Shown here in pieces: positions 9,493-17,968 of a DNA stretch of 37,385 nt; position 1 is the first letter of the stretch, and each line of letters begins with the position of its first letter. This DNA comes from a virus (taxonomy: Duplodnaviria > Heunggongvirae > Uroviricota > Caudoviricetes): the IMG/VR virus record IMGVR_UViG_2651869691_000008. One strand, given 5' to 3'. A model generated the notes under the pieces. That model did no database searches and had not been told where the DNA came from. It worked only from the letters and a program-made list of their open reading frames with translations. Both the position numbers and the translations under genes were made by a program.

Positions 9493-9525
9493 CGCAAAAC
9501 CGCTAATGGTCAGATTAGCGGTTTT
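9493..9525. terminator. bidirectional hairpin between convergent U and invertase genes
   Basis: AAAACCGCTAAT-GGTCAG-ATTAGCGGTTTT, 10-bp stem flanked by A/T runs. Confidence 0.5.
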
Positions 9526-10114
9526 CATTTTCCTGAGTCTGCCTGGTTGTTTCTTCAGCCTGTATATCGCCTACAGGGTGATAACGATAAATCGTCGATA
9601 TGCCGATGTCGTAAATGATCGCCAGTTGTTTCCTGTCATGACCGTTTTTAATCAGCCTCGCTATTTGCTCGTGTTGTTCTTTTGTCAACTTCGGGCGACG
9701 TCCGCCAATGCGTCCTTGTGCGCGTGCTGCTGCCAGCCCGGCCAGTGTACGCTCTACAATTAATTCACGTTCCATTTCGGCTAAAGCCCCCATGACGTGA
9801 AAAAAGAAACGCCCCATGGGTGTTGATGTGTCAATGCTGTCCGTCAGACTACGGAAATTAACACCTTTTTCCCGCAATTCCTCAATAAGCGTGATCAGGT
9901 GTTTCATACTTCTGCCCAGTCTGTCCAGCTTCCAGACAACCAGCGTATCTCCTTCTGATAGCGTTCTGAGCAGTTTTTTCAATCCCGGTCTGGCTGATTT
10001 CGTTCCGCTGATTTTATCTTCAAAAATCAGTTCACATCCTGCGCAGTTCAGTGCATTGCGTTGTAAATCCGTGTTCTGGTCATTTGTTGACACACGAATA
10101 TAGCCAATTTGCAT
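9515..10114 (-). CDS. serine DNA invertase (Hin/Gin/Cin/Pin family)
   Basis: ATG at 10114 (AAGAGGA RBS) gives MQIGYIRVSTNDQNTDLQRNAL...LVVWKLDRLGRSMKHLI...GRIGGRRPKLT, resolvase catalytic domain plus C-terminal HTH; the longer 9515-10324 ORF is an N-terminal artefact. Confidence 0.9.
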   Translation of the reverse strand: MQIGYIRVSTNDQNTDLQRNALNCAGCELIFEDKISGTKSARPGLKKLLRTLSEGDTLVVWKLDRLGRSMKHLITLIEELREKGVNFRSLTDSIDTSTPMGRFFFHVMGALAEMERELIVERTLAGLAAARAQGRIGGRRPKLTKEQHEQIARLIKNGHDRKQLAIIYDIGISTIYRYHPVGDIQAEETTRQTQENENR

Positions 10115-10168
10115 AAAAAACATCCTCTTTGTTTCGTGAAAAATACATAGTTGGTATAGGTAGGGATA

Positions 10169-10194
10169 AAAACGAAAACGTTGGTTTGGGGGAA
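10169..10194 (+). other. hix/gix-like 26-bp recombination site at start of cassette 1
   Basis: AAAACGAAAACG-TT-GGTTTGGGGGAA; shares the AAAC(C/G)-NN-GGTTT core with sites at 10683, 11200 and (inverted) 12761. Confidence 0.6.
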
Positions 10195-10689
10195 GGTTCT
10201 GCGCTGCCTGTTGGTGTGCCCGTTCCATGGCCCTCAGCCACACCACCAACGGGCTGGCTGAAATGCAATGGTGCAGCATTTTCTTCTGAAATGTATCCCG
10301 GACTGGCAAAAGCCTACCCCGCAAATAAATTACCGGATTTACGGGGAGAATTTATTCGCGGCTGGGATGATGGGCGCGGGGTGGATGCTGGCCGCGCTTT
10401 GCTTAATTGGCAGCCACACACAATTTTGGATCATGCACACTATATGGAATTATGGACCGGGAACGGACTTGCCGTGGAAAGTGCACGGGAAGGATTAAAC
10501 CCTGGAATACTGGCTACATACGGGGACGGGGGAATAGTTAAAACAGACGAACCCGGTTTAAGGGTGCCTTCCTCACTACGAGCCATTAGCTCTCGTAATG
10601 TAAAACGGTTTGGTGAAATTAGTGGAAATGTAGGTACAGAAACTCGCCCTCGCAACGTTGCATTCAATTACATCGTAAGAGCCGCATGA
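10183..10689 (+). CDS. silent (promoterless, startless) tail-fibre C-terminal tip cassette 1
   Basis: in-frame GLGEGSALPVGVPVPWPSATPPTGWLKCNGAAFSSEMYP...RGWDDGR identical to the H junction region, divergent middle, conserved C-terminus ETRPRNVAFNYIVRAA; no in-frame ATG with RBS. Confidence 0.7.
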   Translation, partial: GLGEGSALPVGVPVPWPSATPPTGWLKCNGAAFSSEMYPGLAKAYPANKLPDLRGEFIRGWDDGRGVDAGRALLNWQPHTILDHAHYMELWTGNGLAVESAREGLNPGILATYGDGGIVKTDEPGLRVPSSLRAISSRNVKRFGEISGNVGTETRPRNVAFNYIVRAA

Positions 10690-10708
10690 AAACGTTGGTT
10701 TGGGGGAA
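10683..10708 (+). other. hix/gix-like recombination site at start of cassette 2
   Basis: CGCATGAAAACG-TT-GGTTTGGGGGAA; overlaps the cassette-1 stop codon. Confidence 0.6.
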
Positions 10709-11206
10709 GGTTCTGCGCTGCCTGTTGGTGTGCCCGTTCCGTGGCCCTCAGCAACACCACCAACGGGCTGGCTGAAATGTAACGGCGCAGCATTTTCTTC
10801 TGAAATGTATCCCGGACTGGCAAAGGCTTACCCCACCAATAAATTACCGGATTTACGGGGTGAATTTATTCGTGGCTGGGATGATGGACGTAGTGCGGAT
10901 GCGGGGAGAACAATATTATCCGCTCAAGGTGATGCCATACGTAATATCTATGGTGAGTTCAAGACTGTAAACACTGAAAATTATTCAATATGGGAATCAG
11001 TAGGCTCGTTTAAGGGGGCAGTGGTGCCTTTAAATTCCTCAACAAACAATAGTTATTTCTCCTTAGTCAGAAGTATGGTGACAGAAAGGACAGACGGCGC
11101 TGTTTACCCAAAAGTGATTGGCCTTGATGCTTCAAAAATTGTTCCAACTGCAAACGAAAACCGCCCACGCAACATTGCGTTTAATTACATCGTAAGGGCA
11201 GCATGA
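10697..11206 (+). CDS. silent tail-fibre C-terminal tip cassette 2
   Basis: same conserved N-linker and C-terminal RPRNIAFNYIVRAA, distinct central region. Confidence 0.7.
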   Translation, partial: GLGEGSALPVGVPVPWPSATPPTGWLKCNGAAFSSEMYPGLAKAYPTNKLPDLRGEFIRGWDDGRSADAGRTILSAQGDAIRNIYGEFKTVNTENYSIWESVGSFKGAVVPLNSSTNNSYFSLVRSMVTERTDGAVYPKVIGLDASKIVPTANENRPRNIAFNYIVRAA

Positions 11207-11225
11207 AAACGTTGGTTTGGGGGAA
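11200..11225 (+). other. hix/gix-like recombination site at start of cassette 3
   Basis: AGCATGAAAACG-TT-GGTTTGGGGGAA. Confidence 0.6.
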
Positions 11226-11693
11226 GGCTCTGCACTGCCCGTTGGTGTGCCTGTTCCATGGCCCTCAGCCACACCACCAACGGGCTGGCTGAAATGTAAC
11301 GGTGCAGCATTTTCTTCTGAAATGTATCCCGGACTGGCAAAGGCTTACCCCACAAATAAATTACCGGATTTACGCGGAGAATTTATCCGTGGCTGGGATG
11401 ATGGGCGAGGAATTGATGCGGCACGCGCTTTATTGAGCATTCAAAACGGGATGTTGGAAAAACACCGCCATATTGTTGTAGCTAACGATGGATATGACAC
11501 AAAAGATGAATGGGAGTTGGCTACGATTTTCAAAAAAACATATACACAAGGCAGGGGACTTGATGCCACAAATACAGGAGGGAGTTTGATTCCATCACCA
11601 ACGCTTCATTCACGAGGAAGTATTGGTAACACAGGTGGTAGTGAAACCCGCCCCCGCAATATTGCATTTAACTATATCGTGAGGGCGGCTTAG
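11214..11693 (+). CDS. silent tail-fibre C-terminal tip cassette 3
   Basis: same conserved N-linker and C-terminal RPRNIAFNYIVRAA, distinct central region. Confidence 0.7.
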   Translation, partial: GLGEGSALPVGVPVPWPSATPPTGWLKCNGAAFSSEMYPGLAKAYPTNKLPDLRGEFIRGWDDGRGIDAARALLSIQNGMLEKHRHIVVANDGYDTKDEWELATIFKKTYTQGRGLDATNTGGSLIPSPTLHSRGSIGNTGGSETRPRNIAFNYIVRAA

Positions 11694-11699
11694 TTATAT

Positions 11700-12311
11700 T
11701 CAACTGGCTGATGCCAGTGGTATTTCCGGCAAGTTGATATCTGGTGCCATGTTTATATCCATTGCGTTCAGCGCGTCTATATAATCCAGCACGGCATTAA
11801 GCCGGGTGGTTTCTGCCTGCGTCAACTTCCGCCCGGCCCGCAACTTCAACTGAATCAGACTTATGGAATCCATTGCCGCATCAGCCAGTGACTGGCGCTT
11901 GGTTTCTGCCGCTTCTACTGCGGCACGATGTTGTACCTCAGTATCTGTCACCCATTTTTCACCATCCCATTTATCGTATGGTGTTAACGGGGCGATAGTG
12001 GTTGTATTTTTCGGGTAGTCACCCAGCGCCGTGATTTCTTCGGTGTTTCCCGTGTCAGTGCTATAGACGGTTTCACCACGATGGTCTGGCGCATACTCCC
12101 ATGAATTTAAATCCTCCGAACGGCGAATAGCATAGCCAGATTTATGTGCGCCTGGGGCATCTAAACAGGAATTAGCCGGAATACCAACACCCACAGCAAG
12201 ATATTCAGTTGATTCGGAAATATATTCCCGTGTCTCACCATCATAGTTATAAACGACGATGTTTCCTGCCTGTACGGCAATAAGGTCATCATTTAATATC
12301 GCGTTATTCAT
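11700..12311 (-). CDS. tail fibre assembly protein (P2 gpG / Tfa-like chaperone)
   Basis: 203-aa ORF immediately after H (start overlaps H stop, TAATG); Tfa-like position and size. Confidence 0.8.
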   Translation of the reverse strand: MNNAILNDDLIAVQAGNIVVYNYDGETREYISESTEYLAVGVGIPANSCLDAPGAHKSGYAIRRSEDLNSWEYAPDHRGETVYSTDTGNTEEITALGDYPKNTTTIAPLTPYDKWDGEKWVTDTEVQHRAAVEAAETKRQSLADAAMDSISLIQLKLRAGRKLTQAETTRLNAVLDYIDALNAMDINMAPDINLPEIPLASAS

Positions 12312-13906
12312 TATGCGGTTCTCACAATATAATTGAAGGCAATATTGCGTGGGCGGGCTTCATTCCCCCCTGAGGATTCCGTTCTGTATTGACTGGTAAA
12401 TCTACCGTTAATTGCACCTTGCCGGACGGCGTTATCTGTCGACAACAGACTATCCCCTCCTTTGTCATTTGGCACCAGTACCGTGTTATCCCACGCGTCC
12501 CATGACCGAATATTATGATAATGACTTCCTGTTAACCACCCCTGCATGCTTAAGATGCCCCTTCCGGCATCCACCCCGCGCCCATCATCCCAGCCACGGA
12601 TAAATTCACCGCGTAAGTCTGGTAATTTATTGGTGGGGTAAGCCATTGCCAGTCTGGGATACATTTCAGAAGAAAATGCTGCGCCGTTACATTTCAGCCA
12701 GCCCGTTGGTGGTGTTGCTGAGGGCCACGGAACGGGCACACCAACGGGCAGTGCAGAACCTTCTCCTAAACCAAGGTAATCAAGAACGCCCTGAGTGCTG
12801 GTTTTACCAAGAATGGCACGTCCAACACTTGTCAACGCGGTTAACGCGGCACGATCTGCCCCTGTAAAATATGGGAGTTTATCTGCTGATGTAGCAAGCT
12901 TCGCCAGCGCCGTCAGGATGGCATCCTTCGGTTGCTTACCCGCAAGCGCGTTAGTCATGGTGGTCGCAAAATTCGGGTCATTGCCCAGCGCCGCAGCCAG
13001 TTCGTTCAGCGTGTTCAGTGCATCAGGTGACGAATCTACAAGTGCGGCAATCGCGGCCATAACGAAAGCTGTGCTTGCGATCTGGGTATTATTAGTCCCC
13101 TGTGGCGCTGTTGGTGTTGTTGGCGTTCCGGTCAGTGCCGGGCTGTTTAATGGTGCTTTCTTGTTCGTTTCATCCATTACCACCTTAACAGCTTTTGGTG
13201 TCGCTGCCAGCGTTTCAGACGTGCTGTTCGTGGCGCTACTGAGCTGAACAATCCCTTTTTGTGTAGTGGTGGCGTTCTGGGCGGTATATTTCCCGTTAGC
13301 CAGGTCATATGCAGCCTTAACCGCTTTCGGTGTTGCGGCCAGTGTTTCTGATTCACTGTTAATTGCACTGCTTAACTGAGTAAAACCTTTTACGGTCAGC
13401 GAGGCGTCCGGGTGACGTCGTGATTGTTCGTGCTCTGATATTTTATCATCCACATATTTGCGGGTTGCCAGAACCACAGACGGGTCGATTTTCAGCGTGA
13501 TGGCTTCGGTGTTCGTGACAACCAGAATCATGCGGATAGTCTGGGTGCGTCCACTGCCTTCCTGCAACTGCGGTTTGTACGTTTCCGGGCAGTTTGCCAC
13601 CGCAATGAGTACACCTTCATCATCATAAAGACCAATCTCACGGATCCAGAATCCTCCCTCGTTTTCAGGGATGATTTGCTCCGCAATAATCTGGCTCTGA
13701 TTGTTAGGGTCAACACTCAGAAGATTCAGCGGTGCAATGCGTTTCTGGTTAATCAGTTTTGTTTGTGCAGGGTCTGGTGTTGGTAACACACCATTTGCAT
13801 CACCAACGGCCATTTGCGTCAGATTCAGCTTACTGCCGAGCATCGTCGCGTTAGCCAGTCGTGCCGCGCCCTGATTAGTCAGAATGGCGTAGTATTTCAC
13901 TGTCAT
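12311..13906 (-). CDS. tail fibre protein (P2 gpH-like), currently fused to variable tip 0
   Basis: N-terminal two-thirds P2 H-like (AEHEQSRRHPDASLT, repeated QLSSA..S.SETLAATPKAVK, ALGNDPNFATTMTNALAGKQPKD); after ...DYLGL the sequence matches the cassette linker, then a unique tip ending EARPRNIAFNYIVRTA. Confidence 0.9.
   Translation of the reverse strand: MTVKYYAILTNQGAARLANATMLGSKLNLTQMAVGDANGVLPTPDPAQTKLINQKRIAPLNLLSVDPNNQSQIIAEQIIPENEGGFWIREIGLYDDEGVLIAVANCPETYKPQLQEGSGRTQTIRMILVVTNTEAITLKIDPSVVLATRKYVDDKISEHEQSRRHPDASLTVKGFTQLSSAINSESETLAATPKAVKAAYDLANGKYTAQNATTTQKGIVQLSSATNSTSETLAATPKAVKVVMDETNKKAPLNSPALTGTPTTPTAPQGTNNTQIASTAFVMAAIAALVDSSPDALNTLNELAAALGNDPNFATTMTNALAGKQPKDAILTALAKLATSADKLPYFTGADRAALTALTSVGRAILGKTSTQGVLDYLGLGEGSALPVGVPVPWPSATPPTGWLKCNGAAFSSEMYPRLAMAYPTNKLPDLRGEFIRGWDDGRGVDAGRGILSMQGWLTGSHYHNIRSWDAWDNTVLVPNDKGGDSLLSTDNAVRQGAINGRFTSQYRTESSGGNEARPRNIAFNYIVRTA
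12761..12786 (-). other. hix/gix-like recombination site inside H at the constant/variable junction
   Basis: minus strand reads TTCTTGATTACC-TT-GGTTTAGGAGAA, inverted relative to the three cassette sites. Confidence 0.6.
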
Positions 13907-14511
13907 GCGTTTACTCTCAGATTATCAATTAAATGAATGGCCGGGGCAGGGAAATAGTCCCCTTCGACAATAATGGACTCCGGGGTGTAGGGATAAACCG
14001 TCAGGGCATCGCCGTGATAGCATCCCGTACCAACGAAAATCTTTCCGTTCACACTCAGGCTGATCGCCAGCCCCGTCAGATGGCGACTTACTGGTTTTGC
14101 ATCCGCAATAAGGCGCTCAAGTTCCTGATACATTTCATTGGTGATGCCCTGATCAAGTACTCCGACAACAATGCGAAATGTTCCCGGCTCCTCGTTGAGT
14201 TGCCACCACTCCTTTACTTCAATCAGGTAACCGAGAGGCTCCACGGCTCTTCGCAGTGCGCTGATGGTCCCTTTGTGTCGGTGTATCAGCCATGCATCAC
14301 GAATCACCTGTCGCTTTGTCTCTTCCGGCCAGTTGCGATCCCAGCGGTCAACGGAAAACGCCCAGGCGAGATAAGGCAGCAGATGCACCGGGCAGGTGTC
14401 CGGCGACCACAGCGTGTTGAGGTCTACCGGAATGTCTGTAATGCGTGTTCCGACGGCTTCGGCACAACGCATGAAATTGCTGGCTGATGGTGGTAACAAC
14501 GAATTACTCAT
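13903..14511 (-). CDS. baseplate/tail protein (P2 gpI-like)
   Basis: position between J and H; start refined to ATG at 14511, just after the J stop. Confidence 0.75.
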   Translation of the reverse strand: MSNSLLPPSASNFMRCAEAVGTRITDIPVDLNTLWSPDTCPVHLLPYLAWAFSVDRWDRNWPEETKRQVIRDAWLIHRHKGTISALRRAVEPLGYLIEVKEWWQLNEEPGTFRIVVGVLDQGITNEMYQELERLIADAKPVSRHLTGLAISLSVNGKIFVGTGCYHGDALTVYPYTPESIIVEGDYFPAPAIHLIDNLRVNA

Positions 14512-15400
14512 TGCGCCCACCTTCGCTGATGGTGAATGACTCACAGCGCGCCGCCTGTATGTCGCTGATGGCCATATTCTGTGTGGGTTCGATTATCTCC
14601 ACGCGTTGCACACCGTGCACATGCAGTGCGGCAGCAATGGCGGACAACGCCACGTCCTGACCGATAAGCCCCTGCTCAGCCAGCCACTTCCTGAACGACG
14701 ATTCAGCCGCGGCCAGAATAGGTTCGGATTCCGGGCCGGGGTAAAAGTACAGTTTTGCATTCAGCCGCCATGTCACGATTCTGGCGCTCTGTACGGTCAG
14801 GCGGTCGGCCACCGGGCGGGTATCCTCTGCATTCAGAACGGCGCGAACGGTATTAAGCAACGCCTCCGTTGCTGTGCCGTCGCCTTCAGTGGACAGAATG
14901 GAAACCGTCACATTTGCCGGAGACGGACTGATAGCCCGCGCATCACGCACCAGACCGCTGGCGCTGCGGGCAAAATACTCGTATGCGCCTGACGGGCCAG
15001 CAACACTCAGGCCGTCGTACGCCCGCTGCGCCCGCAATCTCAGCGAGGTGTCGCTCTCCATCACCGCGTCGGTGGTATCCGTTGCCGGAGTGATGGTCAG
15101 GCGCTTTGTGTTCATATTGCCCGCGAGGTTGTCCAGGTCTGTCCCGGCGCTGTGGCTTAACATGCAGGCGCGTGCCCCCTCATTGACCCGCTGGCGTAAC
15201 AGCATTTCACGAAACGCTGTTGTCTGGGCGATAACGTTCAGGGGTTCCGATTCCAGCTCCAGCGCGGCGGAAACGGCTTCACGCTGTTCGGCGGGATAAG
15301 CCGCAATCATCATGGCCTTTGTATCAGCCAGAATTGCCTCAAAATCAGGCTCCGCGATGATGGCGGGTTCCGGTAACTGGGAAAGGTCAACGGCAGGCAT
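14504..15400 (-). CDS. baseplate protein (P2 gpJ-like)
   Basis: 298-aa ORF in the V-W-J-I-H order. Confidence 0.8.
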   Translation of the reverse strand: MPAVDLSQLPEPAIIAEPDFEAILADTKAMMIAAYPAEQREAVSAALELESEPLNVIAQTTAFREMLLRQRVNEGARACMLSHSAGTDLDNLAGNMNTKRLTITPATDTTDAVMESDTSLRLRAQRAYDGLSVAGPSGAYEYFARSASGLVRDARAISPSPANVTVSILSTEGDGTATEALLNTVRAVLNAEDTRPVADRLTVQSARIVTWRLNAKLYFYPGPESEPILAAAESSFRKWLAEQGLIGQDVALSAIAAALHVHGVQRVEIIEPTQNMAISDIQAARCESFTISEGGRNE

Positions 15401-15402
15401 GA

Positions 15403-15753
15403 TTACTCCCTCAGCGTGATGGTTAATTCAACATTCTGCATGGTCTGCATGACAGTGCCCGACAACGTCACCCCGGCGCGGCCTCCCGCTTTCCAGACAA
15501 CGTCGATGGCATCCAGGGCAATGCGGGGTTCCCATCGTGTCAGCGCAATCACGGCAGCACTCATGCATTGCAGACGCGTGGTGTTATTCATGGGTTCGTC
15601 AATCAAATCAGGCACAAGGCTGCCATATTCCCGTCGCATAACCCGGCTTGCCAGCGGGGTGGTCAGGATGTCCCTGACTGACTGTTTCAGGTGCTCCATA
15701 TCGTTCAGGTTTCCCGTCCCGTCCGGATTCATTCCTGTGTAGCGGGTTGTCAC
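15403..15753 (-). CDS. baseplate protein (P2 gpW-like, GPW/gp25 family)
   Basis: 116-aa ORF between V and J. Confidence 0.8.
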   Translation of the reverse strand: MTTRYTGMNPDGTGNLNDMEHLKQSVRDILTTPLASRVMRREYGSLVPDLIDEPMNNTTRLQCMSAAVIALTRWEPRIALDAIDVVWKAGGRAGVTLSGTVMQTMQNVELTITLRE

Positions 15754-16331
15754 TGCGGGCCTCCTGTCGAATCGCTGCCGCCTTTCACGCCACCGTGTGT
15801 ATGCGTATGCACGGTAATGCCGTTTGAGGTGAAGCTGCCGCCGCTGTGCGTGATATTGCCGCTCATCTTTCCTCCTTTTGTGACGTCAAGCGTCGCTGTT
15901 CTCAGAAGGTTTGTGCATTCCACGACGGGCGTATCCAGTGTCACGCTGACGGATGCCTGCAGGGTGGCTGTTTTCATGCCGCTGGCGCTCAGTGCGCCAG
16001 CGTCTGCGTCGTAGCGGAACACCGCGCCATCCGGCGCGCTGACCACGATTTCTTTCAGGCTTTTGCCGGGTGCCGGACTGGCATCACTCCACAGACTGCC
16101 AATTATCATGGCGGTTTCCGGATTGCCGCCGATGCAGGCAATTACCACCTGTTCGCCGGGTGATGGCGGAAGCCACACGTTGAAGGCTCCCGCGCGTGTG
16201 GTGTTCCAGCGCAGCCAGCCTGTTTCCAGTTCGCCGCTGCGAACGCGCACGCACCAGGATTCCTCGTCAACTTCAGAGATGATCCCGGTGCGGATGATGT
16301 TGCTCAGCAGTCGCATGAGTTCTGCGCTCAC
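15750..16331 (-). CDS. baseplate spike protein (P2 gpV-like)
   Basis: 193-aa ORF with Gly-rich C-terminus ending HTHTHGGVKGGSD; position before W. Confidence 0.8.
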   Translation of the reverse strand: MSAELMRLLSNIIRTGIISEVDEESWCVRVRSGELETGWLRWNTTRAGAFNVWLPPSPGEQVVIACIGGNPETAMIIGSLWSDASPAPGKSLKEIVVSAPDGAVFRYDADAGALSASGMKTATLQASVSVTLDTPVVECTNLLRTATLDVTKGGKMSGNITHSGGSFTSNGITVHTHTHGGVKGGSDSTGGPQ

Positions 16332-16972
16332 CGTACAGCCTCCGCAATCCGGCCCAGCACCGTGTTATAAATCAGGCGTTCATCTGCCTGACTGATACCC
16401 AGCAGCTCACGTACCGGGTAATCGGTGAAAATGCCCGGCGCAACCTGATCGCGCTCGCCGAACTGATGAACGCGTGCAATACGTGCGGCCACGCCGCTGT
16501 AACCCACCGTCACACCGGAGGCATCCGCGCGGGCTTTCAGGTAACGGGTGGTGCGCAGTTTTACGAACATGGGGACGCGCTTTGTGCTGTCCTGGTTGAT
16601 GCGCCGGGTGCGTATTTCCAGAAAACGGTCGATGTCATCCCGGTAAAACGTGCGGATATTGTTTTTATCCTCATCCCACCCGGTAATGGTTCGCCCGTAT
16701 TTCCCCGTGTCGTGATGCCAGTTTTTCAGCGTGCGTGCTTCGTTATTCCAGATAAAGCGAATGCGTTCCTGTATCCGGGTTACGCGGCGTCTGCGTGGTG
16801 TCCACGCGGTCCCGTCCGGCGCTTTCTGTGACCGGATACGCGCCTGCTGGGCGCGGCGTAAATCCTGTGCCAGCTTTCTGGCGATGTTATTGATGGCCTG
16901 CTGATTCAGGCTGTCGCGGATGGCCTCAAAGGTTTCATCCACGCGGGTGAATGCCTTATCCATCGCTTTCAC
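16328..16972 (-). CDS. tail completion / virion morphogenesis protein (P2 gpS position)
   Basis: position between R and V; 214 aa, longer than I expect for P2 S. Confidence 0.6.
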   Translation of the reverse strand: MKAMDKAFTRVDETFEAIRDSLNQQAINNIARKLAQDLRRAQQARIRSQKAPDGTAWTPRRRRVTRIQERIRFIWNNEARTLKNWHHDTGKYGRTITGWDEDKNNIRTFYRDDIDRFLEIRTRRINQDSTKRVPMFVKLRTTRYLKARADASGVTVGYSGVAARIARVHQFGERDQVAPGIFTDYPVRELLGISQADERLIYNTVLGRIAEAVR

Positions 16973-17423
16973 CCCACGTCACATCCTGGAATACATGCGA
17001 CCAGTCGCCTTCGGAAGATGGCAGGCGGGGTTTTGGCTCCGGCAGGTGTTCTGCCTGCGGTGTGCCCTGACTGCTGCGCGTGATGCGAACGCGTTCCCGC
17101 AGGGGGAGCGTAAACAGGAGATCGGCGCTGTCATCGTCATTGATAACGGCGGAGAATTTGATGTCCTGATTACGCTCAGGGTTGAGCAACAACTGTGGCT
17201 GATTTTCGGATAACCACGCCAGCAGCGGCAGCGTGAGGTCGTCCAGCTCCCCGGCGTAATCCATGACAAACATCACCATCTGATAGCGGTAAGCAAACGA
17301 TGGGGTTTCTCCGGTCGTTTCAATGTTGCCGCTCTCCACGAAAATGGTGAATTTTTCCGGGTTAGCCTGACACCATCGGCATGAACGGGTCATGGCTTCA
17401 CGCAGGGAATCAGTTTTCAGCAT
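16956..17423 (-). CDS. tail completion protein (P2 gpR-like)
   Basis: 155-aa ORF after the lysis genes, as in P2. Confidence 0.65.
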   Translation of the reverse strand: MLKTDSLREAMTRSCRWCQANPEKFTIFVESGNIETTGETPSFAYRYQMVMFVMDYAGELDDLTLPLLAWLSENQPQLLLNPERNQDIKFSAVINDDDSADLLFTLPLRERVRITRSSQGTPQAEHLPEPKPRLPSSEGDWSHVFQDVTWGESDG

Positions 17424-17700
17424 GGTTGTTATCCTCGTTGTTCAGTCGTTGCAGCCTGCGCTGTTCCAGTAATTCAATGGCCCGTTTATCCGCGTTACAG
17501 GTTTCCAGTGCATCCAGAAGGCGGTCGCCCCATATACCGAGATTTCCCCATGTGGGAGTGTCAGGGAAGGGGGGAGGCGTTACCGGTATGGTCAGCGTCT
17601 GCGGTATAAGCCGGACTGACGGCGCTGGCAGTGGCGCGTTCTGCGTGCCTGCGCAGCCTGTCAGTAAAACGAGCGTCAGGCAAAGCGTGGGCGCATTCAT
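17410..17700 (-). CDS. o-spanin lipoprotein (LysC/Rz1-like), overlapping the i-spanin gene in another frame
   Basis: MNAPTLCLTLVLLTGCAG lipobox, Pro-rich; overlaps the 17561-17968 ORF. Confidence 0.45.
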   Translation of the reverse strand: MNAPTLCLTLVLLTGCAGTQNAPLPAPSVRLIPQTLTIPVTPPPFPDTPTWGNLGIWGDRLLDALETCNADKRAIELLEQRRLQRLNNEDNNHAEN

Positions 17701-17968
17701 CTTTTGCAATATCGTTGCGTAGCTGTTCACGTCTTACCTCTCCGTCCTGATTGCGTTGCTGATTTTCCACGCGGAGTTGCGCCAGCACCTGCTGCATATC
17801 CTGTACCCCGGCGCTGATGATATTCAGGGTGTCGGCGGTACTTTTCAGGGTGCTGGCCTGCGCTTCGTTTCTGGCGTTCTCCCGGCCCAGCGACCACGAC
17901 AGACGCATGGATGTTCCCCATCCGGCAGTCAGAAGGAAAGCGACGCCAAGCGTGGGCCAGAGCTTCAT
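17561..17968 (-). CDS. i-spanin (LysB/Rz-like)
   Basis: ATG at 17968 gives MKLWPTLGVAFLLTAGWG (N-terminal TM) followed by a coiled-coil-like region; directly after the endolysin. Confidence 0.5.
   Translation of the reverse strand: MKLWPTLGVAFLLTAGWGTSMRLSWSLGRENARNEAQASTLKSTADTLNIISAGVQDMQQVLAQLRVENQQRNQDGEVRREQLRNDIAKDECAHALPDARFTDRLRRHAERATASAVSPAYTADADHTGNASPLP

Noticed and set aside
9515-10324. The 269-aa ORF in the track for the invertase, extending 70 codons upstream of MQIGYIRVS
   Set aside because: The extension has no invertase homology, overlaps the cassette-1 recombination site and conserved linker on the opposite strand, and the internal ATG at 10114 has a good RBS and gives the canonical resolvase N-terminus.
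10129-11693. Possibility that the three tandem repeats are a CRISPR array or three expressed paralogous genes
   Set aside because: The repeats are ~500-bp protein-coding cassettes with conserved ends, not short repeat-spacer units; none has an in-frame ATG with an RBS, and each starts at an invertase-type site, so they are silent recombination cassettes.
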